Below, piece after piece: positions 28,171 to 43,352 of a stretch of 64,000 nucleotides of DNA (its first letter is position 1; the number at the start of each line of letters is the position of its first letter). A model generated the notes under the pieces. That model was not told where the DNA came from, made no database searches, and saw nothing but the letters and a program-made list of their open reading frames with translations. Origin of the DNA: the human T2T-CHM13v2.0 reference genome, Homo sapiens. Made by a program: the position numbers and the translations under genes. The stretch lies in NCBI RefSeq assembly GCF_009914755.1, contig NC_060934.1; one strand, written 5' to 3'.

Positions 28171-28659
28171 TCTAGGATGTGAAAACTGATTTTCTTGATA
28201 GAGCGTAGTAAAGAGTAGGCTGAGAGATCATTCAGATAGTAGTCTCCTTTTTTAGCCTTCTCCCCCTACATGGGGCAGATAGCATTCAAGCACACAAGTT
28301 TATTTCAGATGCCATGTGACACATCAACCTCCAATTGTGTGTGCTGCTGGGGAAAGGGCCCCGATGAAGAGTGGAGGGGTGGTATCTTCTATACTGCCTG
28401 ATGTATCAGAAAAGCAAGGAGAGCCCTCAATTCTAACTACAAATTCACTTTCAGATCACAAACCAAGTCTTATGCAGTTGGGTATTCAAACTAATAAACT
28501 CTGACCAATTTGCTTTGTTTCTTCAAGGATGCAGACTTAACATGTAATTCAATTAGATTTCAATCTCTGTACTTAAGTTCTTGTGGAATTGCAATAGCTA
28601 AGTAACGCAAGTTAGTAGAGGGGTAGAACACATAAAGAAATAATTTTCATAAAATGTAT

Positions 28660-29236
28660 TAAGTCTTTAAATCATTCATGGGGCTTTCAGGAAGAAAGTG
28701 TTCTGTATGAATTCCATTATAAGGGATTGTATAATAGAGGCTTCACAACCACTGCAAGGCGAAAGGAGTGAGGGTCAAATAACTTGCTATTAATAATTTG
28801 AGCTCACAGTGTGAAAGACACTTCAGTTTGTCAGAAAAATTCAGCTGTTGCTATATTTATGGTTCGCCCCTGGGCTGCAGAGTAGAATCATCTCGGAGAC
28901 GCAAGTGAGTGACTCTCAAGGGAAATCACTGGAAGGCACCACATAACTCTCAGGTTGCAGTACCTGCGTGTGTACTTCTCAAGAAGCACACCTAAAATCT
29001 ACAGATCCCATACCTGCTCACAGATGTCTCCGCAACTGCTCCAGGAAATCATGTGCTATCTCTTCATTCCACTTTCCAAGCCTCAAGTGAGTTTTTCTCA
29101 TTGACAAACTTTAACCTGGAAACATGGGAAGGACGTTCTGTGAATTGTTGTCCTTGGCTTCTTCTTTATCATAATAAAGGAATTGGGAACTTAAAAAGGG
29201 AGGATGAGGTGGTCACCAAATTAGCAACAGATAATT
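28660..29236 (-). mobile_element. Ancient LTR (LTR78/79-like)
   Basis: CATTGACAAACTTTAACCTGGAAACATGGGAAGGACGTTCTGTGAATTGT motif. Confidence 0.4.
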
Positions 29237-30471
29237 AAGTGCAAAGTACTAAAATGTGGATAATTCTTTGTGGGTCTGGTAGAAACACCTAAAATAAGTG
29301 GGCAAGTACATTAAGATTTCCTGAAACCACACTTTAAATAAATCTAGAAAGAAGAGCAGATGAAAAAAGGAGGAGGTTATTAAGGTAGAAATTTGACATG
29401 GGCAAAATAAAAGAAGCACTGCACTGGTTTATAAGAATCAGCAATTTATTTTTCATTTGTTTTTTGTAGTATTTTATCAAGGTGTTATTTTTATTTTAAG
29501 TGTTTATTCTGTATTTTATTAAGATTTTATAATTTTATATAATAAAATTCCTATAACTAAAATGTAATTTTTATAAATTTATATAAATAAACATTATCCA
29601 GTTCAACATACAGAATATTTTTCTTACCACGGGAAGTTGCCTTGTGCCCTAAAAAGTCAATCCACTCTTCCACAGAGGAAGCTGCCATTCTAATTATTGT
29701 CATAGATAAGCTTTGTCTGGTCTTTGAATGCTTCCATGTGATATTAAATAGGATGTAATCTTTGTATGTGGGTTCACTCAACATAGTGTTTTCACATTCT
29801 GGTTATAGCTGTCTTGTTTTTTATTTCTGTGCCATATTCTATTGCATGACTTGCCAAAAACACAGATGGTTATTTAGGTTGTTTCAAATATGGGGCTATT
29901 ACAATAAAGCTTCTGTGAATGTGGCTATGTATATATTCATTCATATTGGGTTATCTAAGACTGGAAATGTTGAATCATGAGACAGACAATATTTAATTTT
30001 TTAGAAACCAACAAAGAGATTTCCAGTGTGGTTGCACTATTTTATACTCTCATCACAAATGTAAATTTCCAATTTGACACAATTTTTACCCAAATTTGGT
30101 GTTGTCACAATTTTTTCATGTAATTTTAGCCATTCAAGTGGATGTAGAGTAATATTTCATTGTGCTTTCAATTTTAGTTCCTTGATAACTTTTGGAGTCA
30201 TATGATTATTGACCATTCTGATATCTTCTCTGTAAAATGCTATTTTTAATGTATATATCTTTTTATTATGGATTTGTAGGAGTATGCGTAATATGTTTTA
30301 GCTATAAGACTCTCGTTAGATAAATTCTTTCAAAAAATTTTTTTCCAATCTGTGACTTATTATTTAAATGCCATGAATGCTGGTTCTTGATGAAGAGAAA
30401 TTTGCAATTTTCATAAAGTTCACTTAAGCTTTTTAAATTTCTGTTTTCAGATTTTGTGTCCTAAGGATTCT

Positions 30472-30945
30472 TGTAAAGAACTCCATATCTTTTAAGAAAA
30501 TTGGCTATATACCTAAAACTATTCTACTCCCCAAGTATCTCTGGCTCAAATAACTTCACCGACAAATTCTGTAAACTATTGAAGGAAATGTATCAATTCT
30601 ACAGAAACTTTTCCATAAATTTGAAGTACAAGGAATTTTTTTTAAACTCATTCAATGAGGTTGGCATTAAAATGTTACCAAAACCTGATCAGACAGGAAA
30701 AAGAAAAGTTCAAACTGATAACCCTTCATCAACATAGATGCAAAGATTACAAACTGAATTTCAACAAAGACATCAAACAATAGATTAAAAAATACATCAT
30801 GAACAACTGGGTATTTTCCAATAAATAAAAAGTTGAATGTTAAAAATTGATCAATATAATTCAATTAACATGCTGAATTTAGTTTAACAAACTAAAAAAG
30901 AAAATCTATATAATTAACTCAGTAAATGCAGGAAACTTATTTGAA
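30472..30945 (+). mobile_element. Inverted L1 ORF2 segment inserted in the antisense L1
   Basis: Sense ORF2 motifs (AACTCATTCAATGAGG, CCAAAACCTGA, AACATAGATGCAAA); last 90 bp are the reverse complement of 33314-33403. Confidence 0.85.
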
Positions 30946-31937
30946 TAGTGAGGATGTTCTCCAATTTTTTTTCTAGATGTATTTTTAACTTTCATATGTA
31001 TACCTGTGATTCATACCAAATTAATTTGTGTGTTATGATTTAGTAGACAACAAAGTTTCTTCTATACAATATCTAGTGTTTCAAGCACATTTATTGAAAA
31101 TATTTTCCTTTGTTTATTGAATTATCTTGATGTTTTTGACAGTATCAATTGACAATATATGTATGGGTTTTTTTCTTTTCTGTTACACCGATCATTTTGC
31201 CTGTCTTTATGCCAATATCCATTCTATTAATCATGATAACATTTTAATAAACTTTGAAATCAAGCAGTATTGGTTATCCTATTTGTTTCTCTACTTCATA
31301 ATTCTTTGGGGCATTCAAATATCTTTACACTTCCATACAAATAATTTTTTTTTAATTTTGTTAATTTCTGTGACAAGTCTGAGGAATTTTGACAGGGATT
31401 GCATTAAATCTATAGATCAATTCTGGGACAACTGACTTCTAAGTAATTGAGTCTTCCAATCTGTGACATATCTCTTGATATTTGGGTGGTGTTTAATTAC
31501 TTTTGTCAATATTTTATACTTTTTAATTTAAATATTTTGCATATTTTCATCAAATATATTGTTTATTCAATATTTTATTATAAATGATATTGTTTGTGTA
31601 AATTTAGTTTTCTGTTTGAGTTGCCAGTATGCAAATCAATTTATCTTTTCTATATTAACTTTTATTCAGTTGCCTTTTAAAATTTACTCATTAGTTTAAT
31701 AGTTTGTTTTTATTTATGTTCCTTTGAATTTTCAGTGCACACAATGATGGCATTTGCAAATAAGGACAATTTTATAACTTTTTCCATTTTTAAAAATATT
31801 TATTATGCCATTGACCAGAACTTCCTGTGAAATAAAAGAAATAGGTGTGAAAATTTTTATTTGTGTCTGATTTTGGGGTGAATATTCAATATTTCACAAA
31901 TACATTTGATAGTAGATGCAGGCTTCTTTAGATATTC

Positions 31938-32414
31938 TATAGCATATTTTATTTTCCAAAGAAAGCTATAACAATATCTATTGTATTACATGCTTTCTAG
32001 AGTCAAATTCTGCCCTCTCCCCTACCCCGCCCCCACCACCAAATTTGGTCTGGGTCTGGGTTTGGTATTTGCTTGAACAGTAGAACGTGGTAGAAGTGAT
32101 GTTTGGGGACATTAGAGATTGTGCAGCTTCTGCCTGAATTTCGTGGAGTGCCTACATTCCAGATACTTTCTCTCAGAACCCATCCACCATGGTGTAAGAA
32201 ATCCAAGCTACATGGCTAGGCTGTGTAAAGGTACTACAATTGACAGCACCAACTGAGTTTTCAGTCAACAGCCAGAATTAACTGCCAGTCATGAAACATG
32301 GCCACTTTGAACATAATCGAGAGCCCTCAGATGACTAATAGCAACCACATAAAAGACATTAAGTTAAGAACTGTCTAGATGAGGCCATGAAAATAATATG
32401 AGATAACTAGGACA
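31938..32414 (+). mobile_element. MLT1G/H-type LTR
   Basis: AGAACGTGGTAGAAGTGATG..CTCAGAACCCATCCACCATG..GTCAACAGCCAG. Confidence 0.7.
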
Positions 32415-35063
32415 TCAGCTTTAATAGACTTAGGCTACTCTTTAAATATTTACTTTGCTGCGAGTTTTTATTTTAAAAGAGAGATACATTTTACTAAATG
32501 TATTTTATTCATCCATTGATTTTTTAAATTTTATTCCTTTGTTAAGATAAAGAATTATATTGATTGACTTCAGGTCCTTTCTCTTTCCAGATGAATTTTA
32601 GAATCAACTTCTCAATTCTGAGAAAAATCCAACTTAAGTATGGTGATTTTATCAGATCTATAGACCAATTTAGAAAGAATTGGCTTCTCATCACAAGATT
32701 GAGTCTTCTGATACACAAAAGAAATACAGCTCTCCACTTATTGGCATGCTTAATTTTTTTTCAGCAACATTTTATTCTCTTCAATTTAGAAATCTTTCAC
32801 AACTTTTGTTAGAATTATTTCTAAATATTTTCTGTTTTGATGGTACAGTAAATAGTATTTCTATGTCAATTTCTTGTTGTCATTGCTAGTAAATAAAATA
32901 TAATTCATTTTATATTTTAATATTTTATTCTGCAAGGTAGTAAACTCATTTATTTGTTCTAGTATGAATATTTTATAGATTTTATCTAATTTCTTCATAG
33001 ACTATAATGTCACTTGTGAATAAAGACTGTTTTACTTGCTTCGCAATATGGATGTGTTCTATGCATTTTTCTTGTCTGATTGCTAGAGACTCTACTCAGT
33101 GTTGAACAGAAGTGAAAGAGTGAATATTCTTGTCTTGATCATGATCTTTTAGGAAAAACATTGAATTTTTCTTCAAGTATTATGTTAGTTATAGGTTTTA
33201 CAAAACATCTACTATCAGACTGAGAAAGTGTCCTTCTATTTCTTGTTTGCTGAGGTGTTTTGTTGTTGCTGTTGTTTTGTTTTGTGGTTTTTATCAAAAT
33301 GGATGATGCATTTTTCAAATAAGTTTCCCGCATTTACTGAGTTAATTATATAGATTTTCTTTTTTAGTTTGGTAAACTAAATTCAACATGTTAATTGAAT
33401 TATTACTAGCTAGAAATGTATAAATGCTATTTATTTTCCAAAATAGCCACCCTCAGGTTTTCAAAATTTTTTCTCTATTTTTTTCATGTTTTATGTTTAA
33501 TTGATTTTAGTATGATCTATTTTATTTCTTTTGTTCCTACATAATTTGGTTTCATTTGCTCTCTTTCTGGTTTCTTAGGGTAGAAGCTAAATTATTTCTT
33601 GAGTTTTTTTTTTAATATAGATGTGTGGTGGTACAACTATTTTCCTCAGTACTATTCCAGTGGCAACTTCCAAATTCTCTTGTTATGTTTCAATTTTCAT
33701 TAAGTTCAAAATGCTTTCTAATTTCTTTTTTTTTTTTTGTAATTTGACTGATGGCTATTTGGATATCCATTCATTCTCCAAAGGTATTTCTATGGTTTCT
33801 AATTTAATTCCATTGTTTTCAGAGAACATACTTTGTATATCATGGATCCTTTTAAATTTATTGAGGGTTTCTTTATGGCCCTGATTATGTTCTGTATACA
33901 TGTAAGAAGAATCTGTATTCTGCTGTTGTTCAGGACAGAGGTAAGTTTAGAAATGTCAACAGGTAAATTAAGTAAAGTCTGTTAATAATGTCATTCATTT
34001 TTTATATCTTTATTGAGTTCCTTTCTACTTTTCTATCAGTTACTGAGAAAGGGCATTGAAATCTTTAACTATGATTGAGAATTTGTCTATTTCCTTTGCA
34101 GTTTGTCAATTTTTGTTTCATTTCTTTGGAAGTTCTGTTATTAGGTACATAAACATTTAGGATTCCTATGTCCTCTTACTGAATATGTCTATTTGCTTTA
34201 TGAAATCACATTTATTTCTTACTGGTAATATTCTTTGCTCTAAAATCTACTTTGATTAGTATTAACAGCACATGGTATATCTTTTTCTATTATTTTACTT
34301 TAACTGATATGTATCTTTATACTTATAGTGATTTTTTTTTGTAAACACAACATAGTAGGGTCCTGCTATTTTATGTCATAGTATCTATCTTTTAACTGGG
34401 ACACTTAGACTCTATACATTTAATGTGATTATTAATGTAGTTAGGTTTAAATTTATCATGTTGGTAATTACTTTACATTTTCCCCATCAGTCTCAGCCCC
34501 CTTTTTTCTCTTTTCATGGCCTGCTTTTGGGTTAATTATTTTTTAATGGTTCTGTTTTATTCTTTTTTTAATTTGCTACCTTTTCGGTTGATGTTTTTTA
34601 ATGATTGTTTCAAGATTTATGGTTGTATCTTTTACTTAGTAGAGTCTACTTTGAAGTGATATTATAACATTTCATGTATGTTATGACAAACTTATAGGAC
34701 TATACTTCAGTTCTTTTATTCATCCTTCCTGTCATGAATTTCATCTTTATATATACATAGACTCCACACTACATTTTTACTATATTTTAACAGCAAATTA
34801 TCTTTAAAACTATTTAAGTAAGAAAAATTTTTATATATTCAATTGCCATTTCTGATGCTCTTAAGCTCCTTTGAGAAAATGCAGATTTGCATCTGATATC
34901 ATTTTGTTTCTGCCTGAAGAGCTTTCTTTAATATTCCTTATAGTATAAATCTACTGGTGATGAATTCTTAAAGTTTTTGTAAGTTTAAAACGGTGTTCAT
35001 TTTGCCCTCATTTATGAAGAAATTGTTTTACTAAGTATATAATTCTATATTTTAAAAGTTTCC

Positions 35064-35354
35064 AGCGGGATGCGGTAGCTCACGCCTGTAATCCCAGCAC
35101 TTTGGGAGGCCGAAGTGGGCAGATCATGAGGTCAGGAGTTCGAGACCAGCCTGACCAACATGGTGAAACCCTGTCTCTACTAAAAATACAAAAATTAGCT
35201 GGGAGTGGTGGCACGCACCTGTAATCCCAGCTACTCAGGAGGCTGAGCCAGAAGAATCACTTTAACCCAGGAGGTGGAGATTGCAGTGAGCCGAGATTAT
35301 GCCATTGCACTCCTGCCTGGGTGACAGAGTGAGACTCCATCTCACAAAAAAAAA
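35064..35354 (+). mobile_element. AluSg-like SINE
   Basis: Full dimer; TSD AAAAGTTTCC/AAAATGTTTCC. Confidence 0.92.
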
Positions 35355-35896
35355 TGTTTCCTCCTAATGCTTCAAACATATTGCTCCACTGTTGTGTTTG
35401 CATTATTTTCAGTGATAAATCTGCAGTTATTTTTGATCTTTTTTCTTTTGCATGCAGTGTGTCCTTTTTTCTAGTATCTTTAATATTTGTTATCAATGGA
35501 TTTGAGCCATTTTAATTTTGATGTCACAAAATATATAATAGTTCATGTATTTTGTGCTTGTGATTGTTAAACTGAATTGTCTCATATTTTACTTCATTTA
35601 CAAGCTAACAAGTTTGCTTGCTACTGTTTTATGTAAGAAAATGTAACATAGCTAGGTCAGAGAAACAGACTACTCATTACTCATAACCAAAACAGTAGTC
35701 AGAACATCTTGAGCTGGTTCCCCAAGCTCCAAACCCCACAAAGCAATGTGATACAGGACACATACTACCTGCACATGAAGTGGGATGCACTAGAGAAAAA
35801 CCCCAACATTTAGAAAACTCTCAAATTTTAATAGTTCCCTTGTTGGCACAATATGTCTCCGGAGACATTACTCATCCCAGAATATGGGAAAGGCAT

Positions 35897-36875
<979 letters not shown>

Positions 36876-37089
36876 GAATCTCCCAGTTTAAGCAAATCTC
36901 TCTGGGGAGAGGAAAGAGAAGGATTTCTCTTTATTACTTTGGGAGGTTTCTGGGGAAGTACATCTCTAAATCTCTAGTTGTTTGCTAATCAAACATCCCC
37001 TTTGCTTAGAAGTCCCAGGCTATGTAATAAAACCATTGAGAATTGTCTCCCAACAGATCCACTCATCTTTTCTATATAGTTATGTTCCT

Positions 37090-38100
37090 TTGTGAATTTT
37101 CCCATGTACATACCACTTTTTTTTGGCAATTCTGATTTATTTAATTGACACTGCATGGGACCAAATGCATTTTGTTTGTCTCATACAGCATTTATTTAAG
37201 ACTATTGTCAACAAGACTCTGAACAACAAAATGAAGTCTACATACAATACTCATCTCAGTCATGCCCCCTACAGCTTCATATCTACTCTGAATAAATTCC
37301 ATGAGCCAACAGAATCTAGCTTAGAAAACCAGGTAGATTTCTTTTTAAGTTCATGTGTTGACTTTCTCAACTGGCCAGAGACATTAATCCACTTATAGCA
37401 GGATACATCAGTGATTGCACAGACCCGACCTTGGCCTGCAAGGAGGAAGCCTGGTAAGTGCTATCATCTGTAACAAACCTAGCCAGTGAGGTAAAGATGA
37501 TCTGAGTGCCTTTCAGGGTCCAGATGGTGCCACTGAGGATGTCAGCTACAGTCAGGGACAAATTTCATACCACTTTTTCTAATTAAGTCACTTCTGTAAG
37601 AAAAAGCATCAAATTGTAATGTTCCCAGCACAAAGAAAAGATAAATACTTTAGGTGATAGATATGCCAATTACCCTGATTTAATAATAACACATTGTATA
37701 CATGTAAGAAAAATATTACATGCACCCCCAAAATATGGGGGAATGACTATATCAATAAAAATATTTAAAAATACACGTAAATAATGAGTTATGTATCCTT
37801 CTGAAAAGCTTCCTGAATAACTACAGTTAGCATCATTTTGGAGAGATCTTTACAGCTTTCTGAAGACTACAAGGTCTACTGGTGGCATTTTCTTAAACAC
37901 TTAAAGGTTTCTTATAACCATCCCCTATGGGGCAAGTCACCATGTTTTCATAAGGGAAGCAGGCCAATGTCAGGCCTTCCCACAAGAAGTATAATAACTG
38001 GGGTATACATGGTGTCTTTAGTATTTAGTTATTATTTATAATTATTGGGACCTATCTGGTGATACATATATCAGTTAGACTGCAAATTTATAGTGACTCC
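37090..38100 (-). pseudogene. Endogenous retrovirus env (gamma-type TM, possibly part of SU) pseudogene
   Basis: Minus-strand translation EVT*LEKVV*NLSLTVADILSGT...SLARFVTDDST, frameshift, then GFLLAGQGRVCAITDVSCYKWINVSGQ: heptad, immunosuppressive domain and decayed CX6CC; adjacent to PPT and 3' LTR. Confidence 0.8.
37600..37771 (+). mobile_element. L1MA 3' end inserted in the env fossil
   Basis: GTTCCCAGCACAAAGAAAAGATAAAT..GGTGATAGATATGCCAATTACCCTGATTT. Confidence 0.82.
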
Positions 38101-38129
38101 TAAGGAACCTCTCATGGGGCTTCCTGTGC

Positions 38130-38385
38130 ATATGGTAAACCTTAGAGTTCCTCTTCTGTTGTCCATTTCCCTGCAAATTCAGGTAACATCTGGTCCACAT
38201 CACATCACTCTGTGGGGATTTGCCCTTGTGGAACTAAAGTGAGATGCTGCTCGATCTGCTCTTTTGAATGTGTGTAATGAATGGTCTCTTTTTCTGACCC
38301 AGAGGTCTTGTGTATTCTGCCAGTATATGGACTCATTAGTGTGCAAATAAAATAAAATGTTAGCCCCTTCACAGTTTCTTACTTA
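38130..38385 (+). mobile_element. LTR40-like LTR 3' half
   Basis: TCTGACCCAGAGGTCTTGTGTATTCTGCCAG; CCCCTTCACAGTT end. Confidence 0.5.
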
Positions 38386-38711
38386 ACAAAAGTTTGTTGG
38401 GATTTAGGAAATTTGGGTAATTGTTTTCATCAAATTTGGAAATTTTTAAAACATTATTTCATCTATAGTTTTTTATGTCCCCTCCTCTCTTTTCTTCTGG
38501 GATTTCAATCGCATTTATATTCAGCCACTTCAACCTGTACCACAGCTCATTGATGTTATACTTGTTTAATCATCATCATTATTATTATCATTATCTTTTC
38601 CTTCTTTGTTTCATTCCTATTGCTATGTCTTTAAATTTATAAATCTCTTTTTTGAAATATCTAATCTGAAATAAATCTTATCCAATATATTGTTATGGTT
38701 TCTTTCTAATT

Positions 38712-39636
<925 letters not shown>

Positions 39637-39689
39637 TATTTTCAATTCACACATTACTGTTTTCATATCTGCTGCTTGGATTTCTCATC

Positions 39690-40184
39690 TTTTAGAGTAT
39701 AGAGAGTATATACAAATCTCTCATATTTCTGCATATCTTGCTAGCAGAGAAACTGTCTTTATGTTTGCAATGATGGTTGTATAGCAAGCAACCTTAGAAA
39801 ATAGAGACAGTATCTCCTCCTGGAACAAACAGCAGACTTGCTTATTATTAGTATAATAAATATAGTGGATTTTTTCCCCTAGGGAAAAAATGTTTTATTT
39901 GCATTCCATCATAAAAGATTTTAATCATCTAAACTAAGATTCCTCGGTTATGATGAAACCCACTGGAGGTATAACATTCATCTAGGTCCCTCTATGTGAC
40001 CTCTGAACTTGAAGGCAAGAGGCCCAAATGCAAATATGAGTTCACGCTACTTTCTTTGCTACGAGTAATAAAGTCCTTTGAGCCTGGGCTCTCATGTGTT
40101 CTGAGAGCATCCATAAAACTGTGGCAAGTTAACGTGCTAAATCACAGCTACCATAAGATTTCGGACTCTTCATAGCTCCTGACA
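39690..40184 (+). mobile_element. LTR40a/b-like solo LTR
   Basis: CTCTCATATTTCTGCATATCTTG..GAGTAATAAAGTCCTTTG..GCATCCATAAAACTGTGGCA..TGACA. Confidence 0.7.
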
Positions 40185-41383
40185 GTAATCATAACTGGCT
40201 TACTATCCTTCTCTGCTAACTCTAACATATGCCTCAGTTCTAGGTTGATTTCAATTCATTTATTATTTTATTATGGGTTGTATTTGCCTGCCTCTTTTCA
40301 TGCCTGGTAATTTTTTATTGGATATCAGGCACTGAGAATTTCACTTTGTAAGTGCTGGATAATTTTATATTCCTGTACATATTCTTGATCTTTGCCCTGG
40401 GTTGCTGTTAAATTACTTGGAAACAGTTTTAGCCTTTTTGGTTTTGCTTTTAAGATTTCTAACTTAGGTAAGGTCGCAGTGGTGCTTAATCTAAGGAACA
40501 TTATTCCCTACTACTAAGGCAAGACATTTCTGTGTGCTCTGTCCAACGCCACAAATCATGAGATTTTCTAGTCTGGCTGGTGAGAACAGGCATTCTCCCC
40601 AGCCCCACATAAGTGCTAATCATGTGGAGTGCTTTTTTCTTGGCCTCAAGTAGTTTCCTCCCATGAATGCACTGATTAGTACTCAGCTGAATACTTAACA
40701 GGAACCACTGCCTATCTCCAGAGTTCTTTTTTTGTGCAGCTCTCCTCTCTGTTACTCTGCCCTGTGAATTTTAGCATGTTGGTTTTCCCAGACTCTCAAC
40801 TGTGTCTTTTCCACTTAGGAGATCTGCCAGTTCCCTGTGGGCTTCTCTCTTTCACTGCAATGCTTCTTAGAAAGTCTTGCAAGGCAGAAAGCTGGGGAAA
40901 TTGTAAAGCTAACTTTATTTGTTTACCAGTTCCCAGGGATTACTTTCTTTCATTTCCTGATATTCAGTGCAGTGTCTTAAAAAATAATTTTATATATCTT
41001 ATCCAACTTTTGAAGTTTTAGGTGGAAAGGTAACTCTGAACACTATTACTCCATCTTGGTCAGAAGTAGAAGTCTTTACCAGTAAAATTTTTTCTCATGG
41101 AACATTGTTCTTAGAGCAGCAAAGGTTTAGTAACATTGGATTAAATTATTTTTATACATTCAAATATATTATCTTATTCTAAAGTAAATATTTGCATAAT
41201 CATTAACATAAACACTTTGTTTTCCATTTTTAAAAATTATGATGTATAAAATGTGGAAGAAAATCTGCTTGATATACATCTTGACGAAGTAAAAATAATG
41301 ACTAATCTGATAAACACTGGGGCTGGAAGATAGGAGAATCATACAAGAAAGTATAGAGAGATTGAATTTCTCTGCTTACATAG

Positions 41384-41736
41384 TGATATGGTTTGGCTCT
41401 GTGTCCCTACCCAAATCTCATCTTGAATTGTACTCCCATAATCCCCACATGTTGTGGGAGGGACCCGCTGGGAGATAATTTGAATCATGGGGGCGGTTTC
41501 CCTCATATTGTTCTCATGGTAGTGAATATGTCTGACGAGATCTGATGGTTTTTTCAGGGATTTCTACTTTTGCATCTTCCACACTTTCTCTTGCTGCCAC
41601 CATGTAAGAAGTGCCTTTCACCTCCTACCATGATTCTGAGGCCTTCCTAGCCATGTGGAACTGTAAGTTCAATTAAACCTTTTTCTTCCCAGTCTTGGGT
41701 ATGTCTTTATCAGCAGCATGAAAATAGGCTAATACA
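41384..41736 (+). mobile_element. THE1A-like solo LTR
   Basis: TGATATGGTTTGGCTCTGTGTCC...CTAATACA; perfect TSD CATAG. Confidence 0.93.
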
Positions 41737-41844
41737 CATAGAAAATCGAGAAAAAAATATTTTAAATCTTTAGTATTAGATTAAGAGGCCTGAGTTTTTA
41801 ATTTAAATACATTAAAATAACCAGTAGGTGGTATTTATACATTG

Positions 41845-42380
41845 CAGTTTTTAAGAGCATACAATCCTGCCTCAGAATTGCAGAGATTAAATCCTGCTAT
41901 TTAATTATTGTAATTTGGACAGGTTAAGCTCTCTCTGTCATCATTTCCTTAAAGAAGAAAATTTGAAAATAACTACACTAATGGAGTTATTTGGAGGAAT
42001 AAATAATATACAAAAATTACATTATATGGCCGGGTGCAGTGGCTCACGCCTGTAATCCCAGCACTTTGGGAGGCCGAGGCAGGAGGATCACGAGGTCAGG
42101 AGATCGAGACCATGGTGAAACCCCGTCTCTACTAAAAAATACAAAAAAAATTAGCCGGGCACGGTGGCAGGCGCCTGTAGTCCCAGCTACTTGGGAGATT
42201 GAGGCAGGAGAATGGTGTGAACCTGGGAGGCGGAGCTTGCATGAGCCGAGATTGCGCCACTGCACTCCAGCATGAGCATGGGCAACAGAGCAAGACTCCG
42301 TCTCAATAAATAAATAAATAAATAAATAAATAAAATTTAAAAATTACATTATATATCTGACATATAGTAAGCATTAACTA
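41845..42380 (+). mobile_element. MIR interrupted by AluY
   Basis: TTGGACAGGTTAAGCTCTCTCTGTCATCATTTCCT; TGACATATAGTAAGCA after the Alu. Confidence 0.55.
42028..42338 (+). mobile_element. AluY with 12-bp left-monomer deletion (Yd-like)
   Basis: GAGATCGAGACCATGGTGAAA; (TAAA)n tail; perfect TSD AAAAATTACATTATAT. Confidence 0.9.
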
Positions 42381-43352
42381 TTTTGGACCTCTAAAAATGA
42401 TAATTTTGTATGGTTTAACCATATGTACATATATTCTACGTTGCCATGTGTATAAATAAATCTGTTTTTACTGTAGATAATTCATATACATGGCTTAAAA
42501 ATGACAAATCAAAAGAGGGGTATTCATCAGTGATCTAGTACCATTACCAGAAGAACAATATAAGTAAAATCATCATGAATATTTAGCTGATGTATATGGA
42601 TATGGGGCTGGGAGAGGAGGAAAGTATTGTTCAGATATGCTTATCCAATTTTAGCCTGCAATAATAATAGAAATAACAATAAGAATAAAAATAACTGCTT
42701 CCATGAATTTTTACTCATTTTTTTGCTACCCCATATCACAGACATCAAATTCTACTTTTAAACTAATAAAATGTAAGTTTTACATGATATTTCTTTAAAA
42801 TGTTGAATTTTTCTATCAGATATTCTGGAGTTTTTGTTTTCCACAGTAAATCTACATAGTTATTTGAGATGTATACTTTTTACCTATAGTTACAATTTAC
42901 ATTCCCACACCAAAATGATTACTGATATAGTTGAGTAAATAAAATATATATATCATAACATTTAAATGACAAAATTATAATATAAAGAAAAGAAAATATT
43001 CAAGAATTATATAGTATGTATTTTCAAATTAGGGTCCTTGTAAGAGACTGATTATACCCAGGTCAAGAAGGAAGTAAGACTTAAATGGCTGCAATAAGTG
43101 AAGTCCATCCGGGCCAAAATGAGGACTAGCTGTCCAATCTCCTCTGAGCCTAAGAACTTTAGCAACTGTTCCAGTTTTGCTCATGGTTGCAAAATGTTTC
43201 CTATATGGCAGAGATGTAGAAGAGACAATTTTTTAAAAAAATAATTAGAGTGGAATATTGTATATTTATATTCTATAGAAGTTTTTTCCACCTTGTTTAT
43301 AGTCTTTTTAAATGTTGATGAATTCCTTAAAATGCGGAATAAGACAAAAATA

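Larger units (their letters stand above)
29480..32570 (-). mobile_element. Ancient L1 (L1ME/MD) 3'UTR-ORF2, fragmented
   Basis: Antisense L1 motifs (GGTTATTTAGGTTGTTTC, TAGCCATTC, GGGATTGCATTAAATCTATAGATCAATT). Confidence 0.75.
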
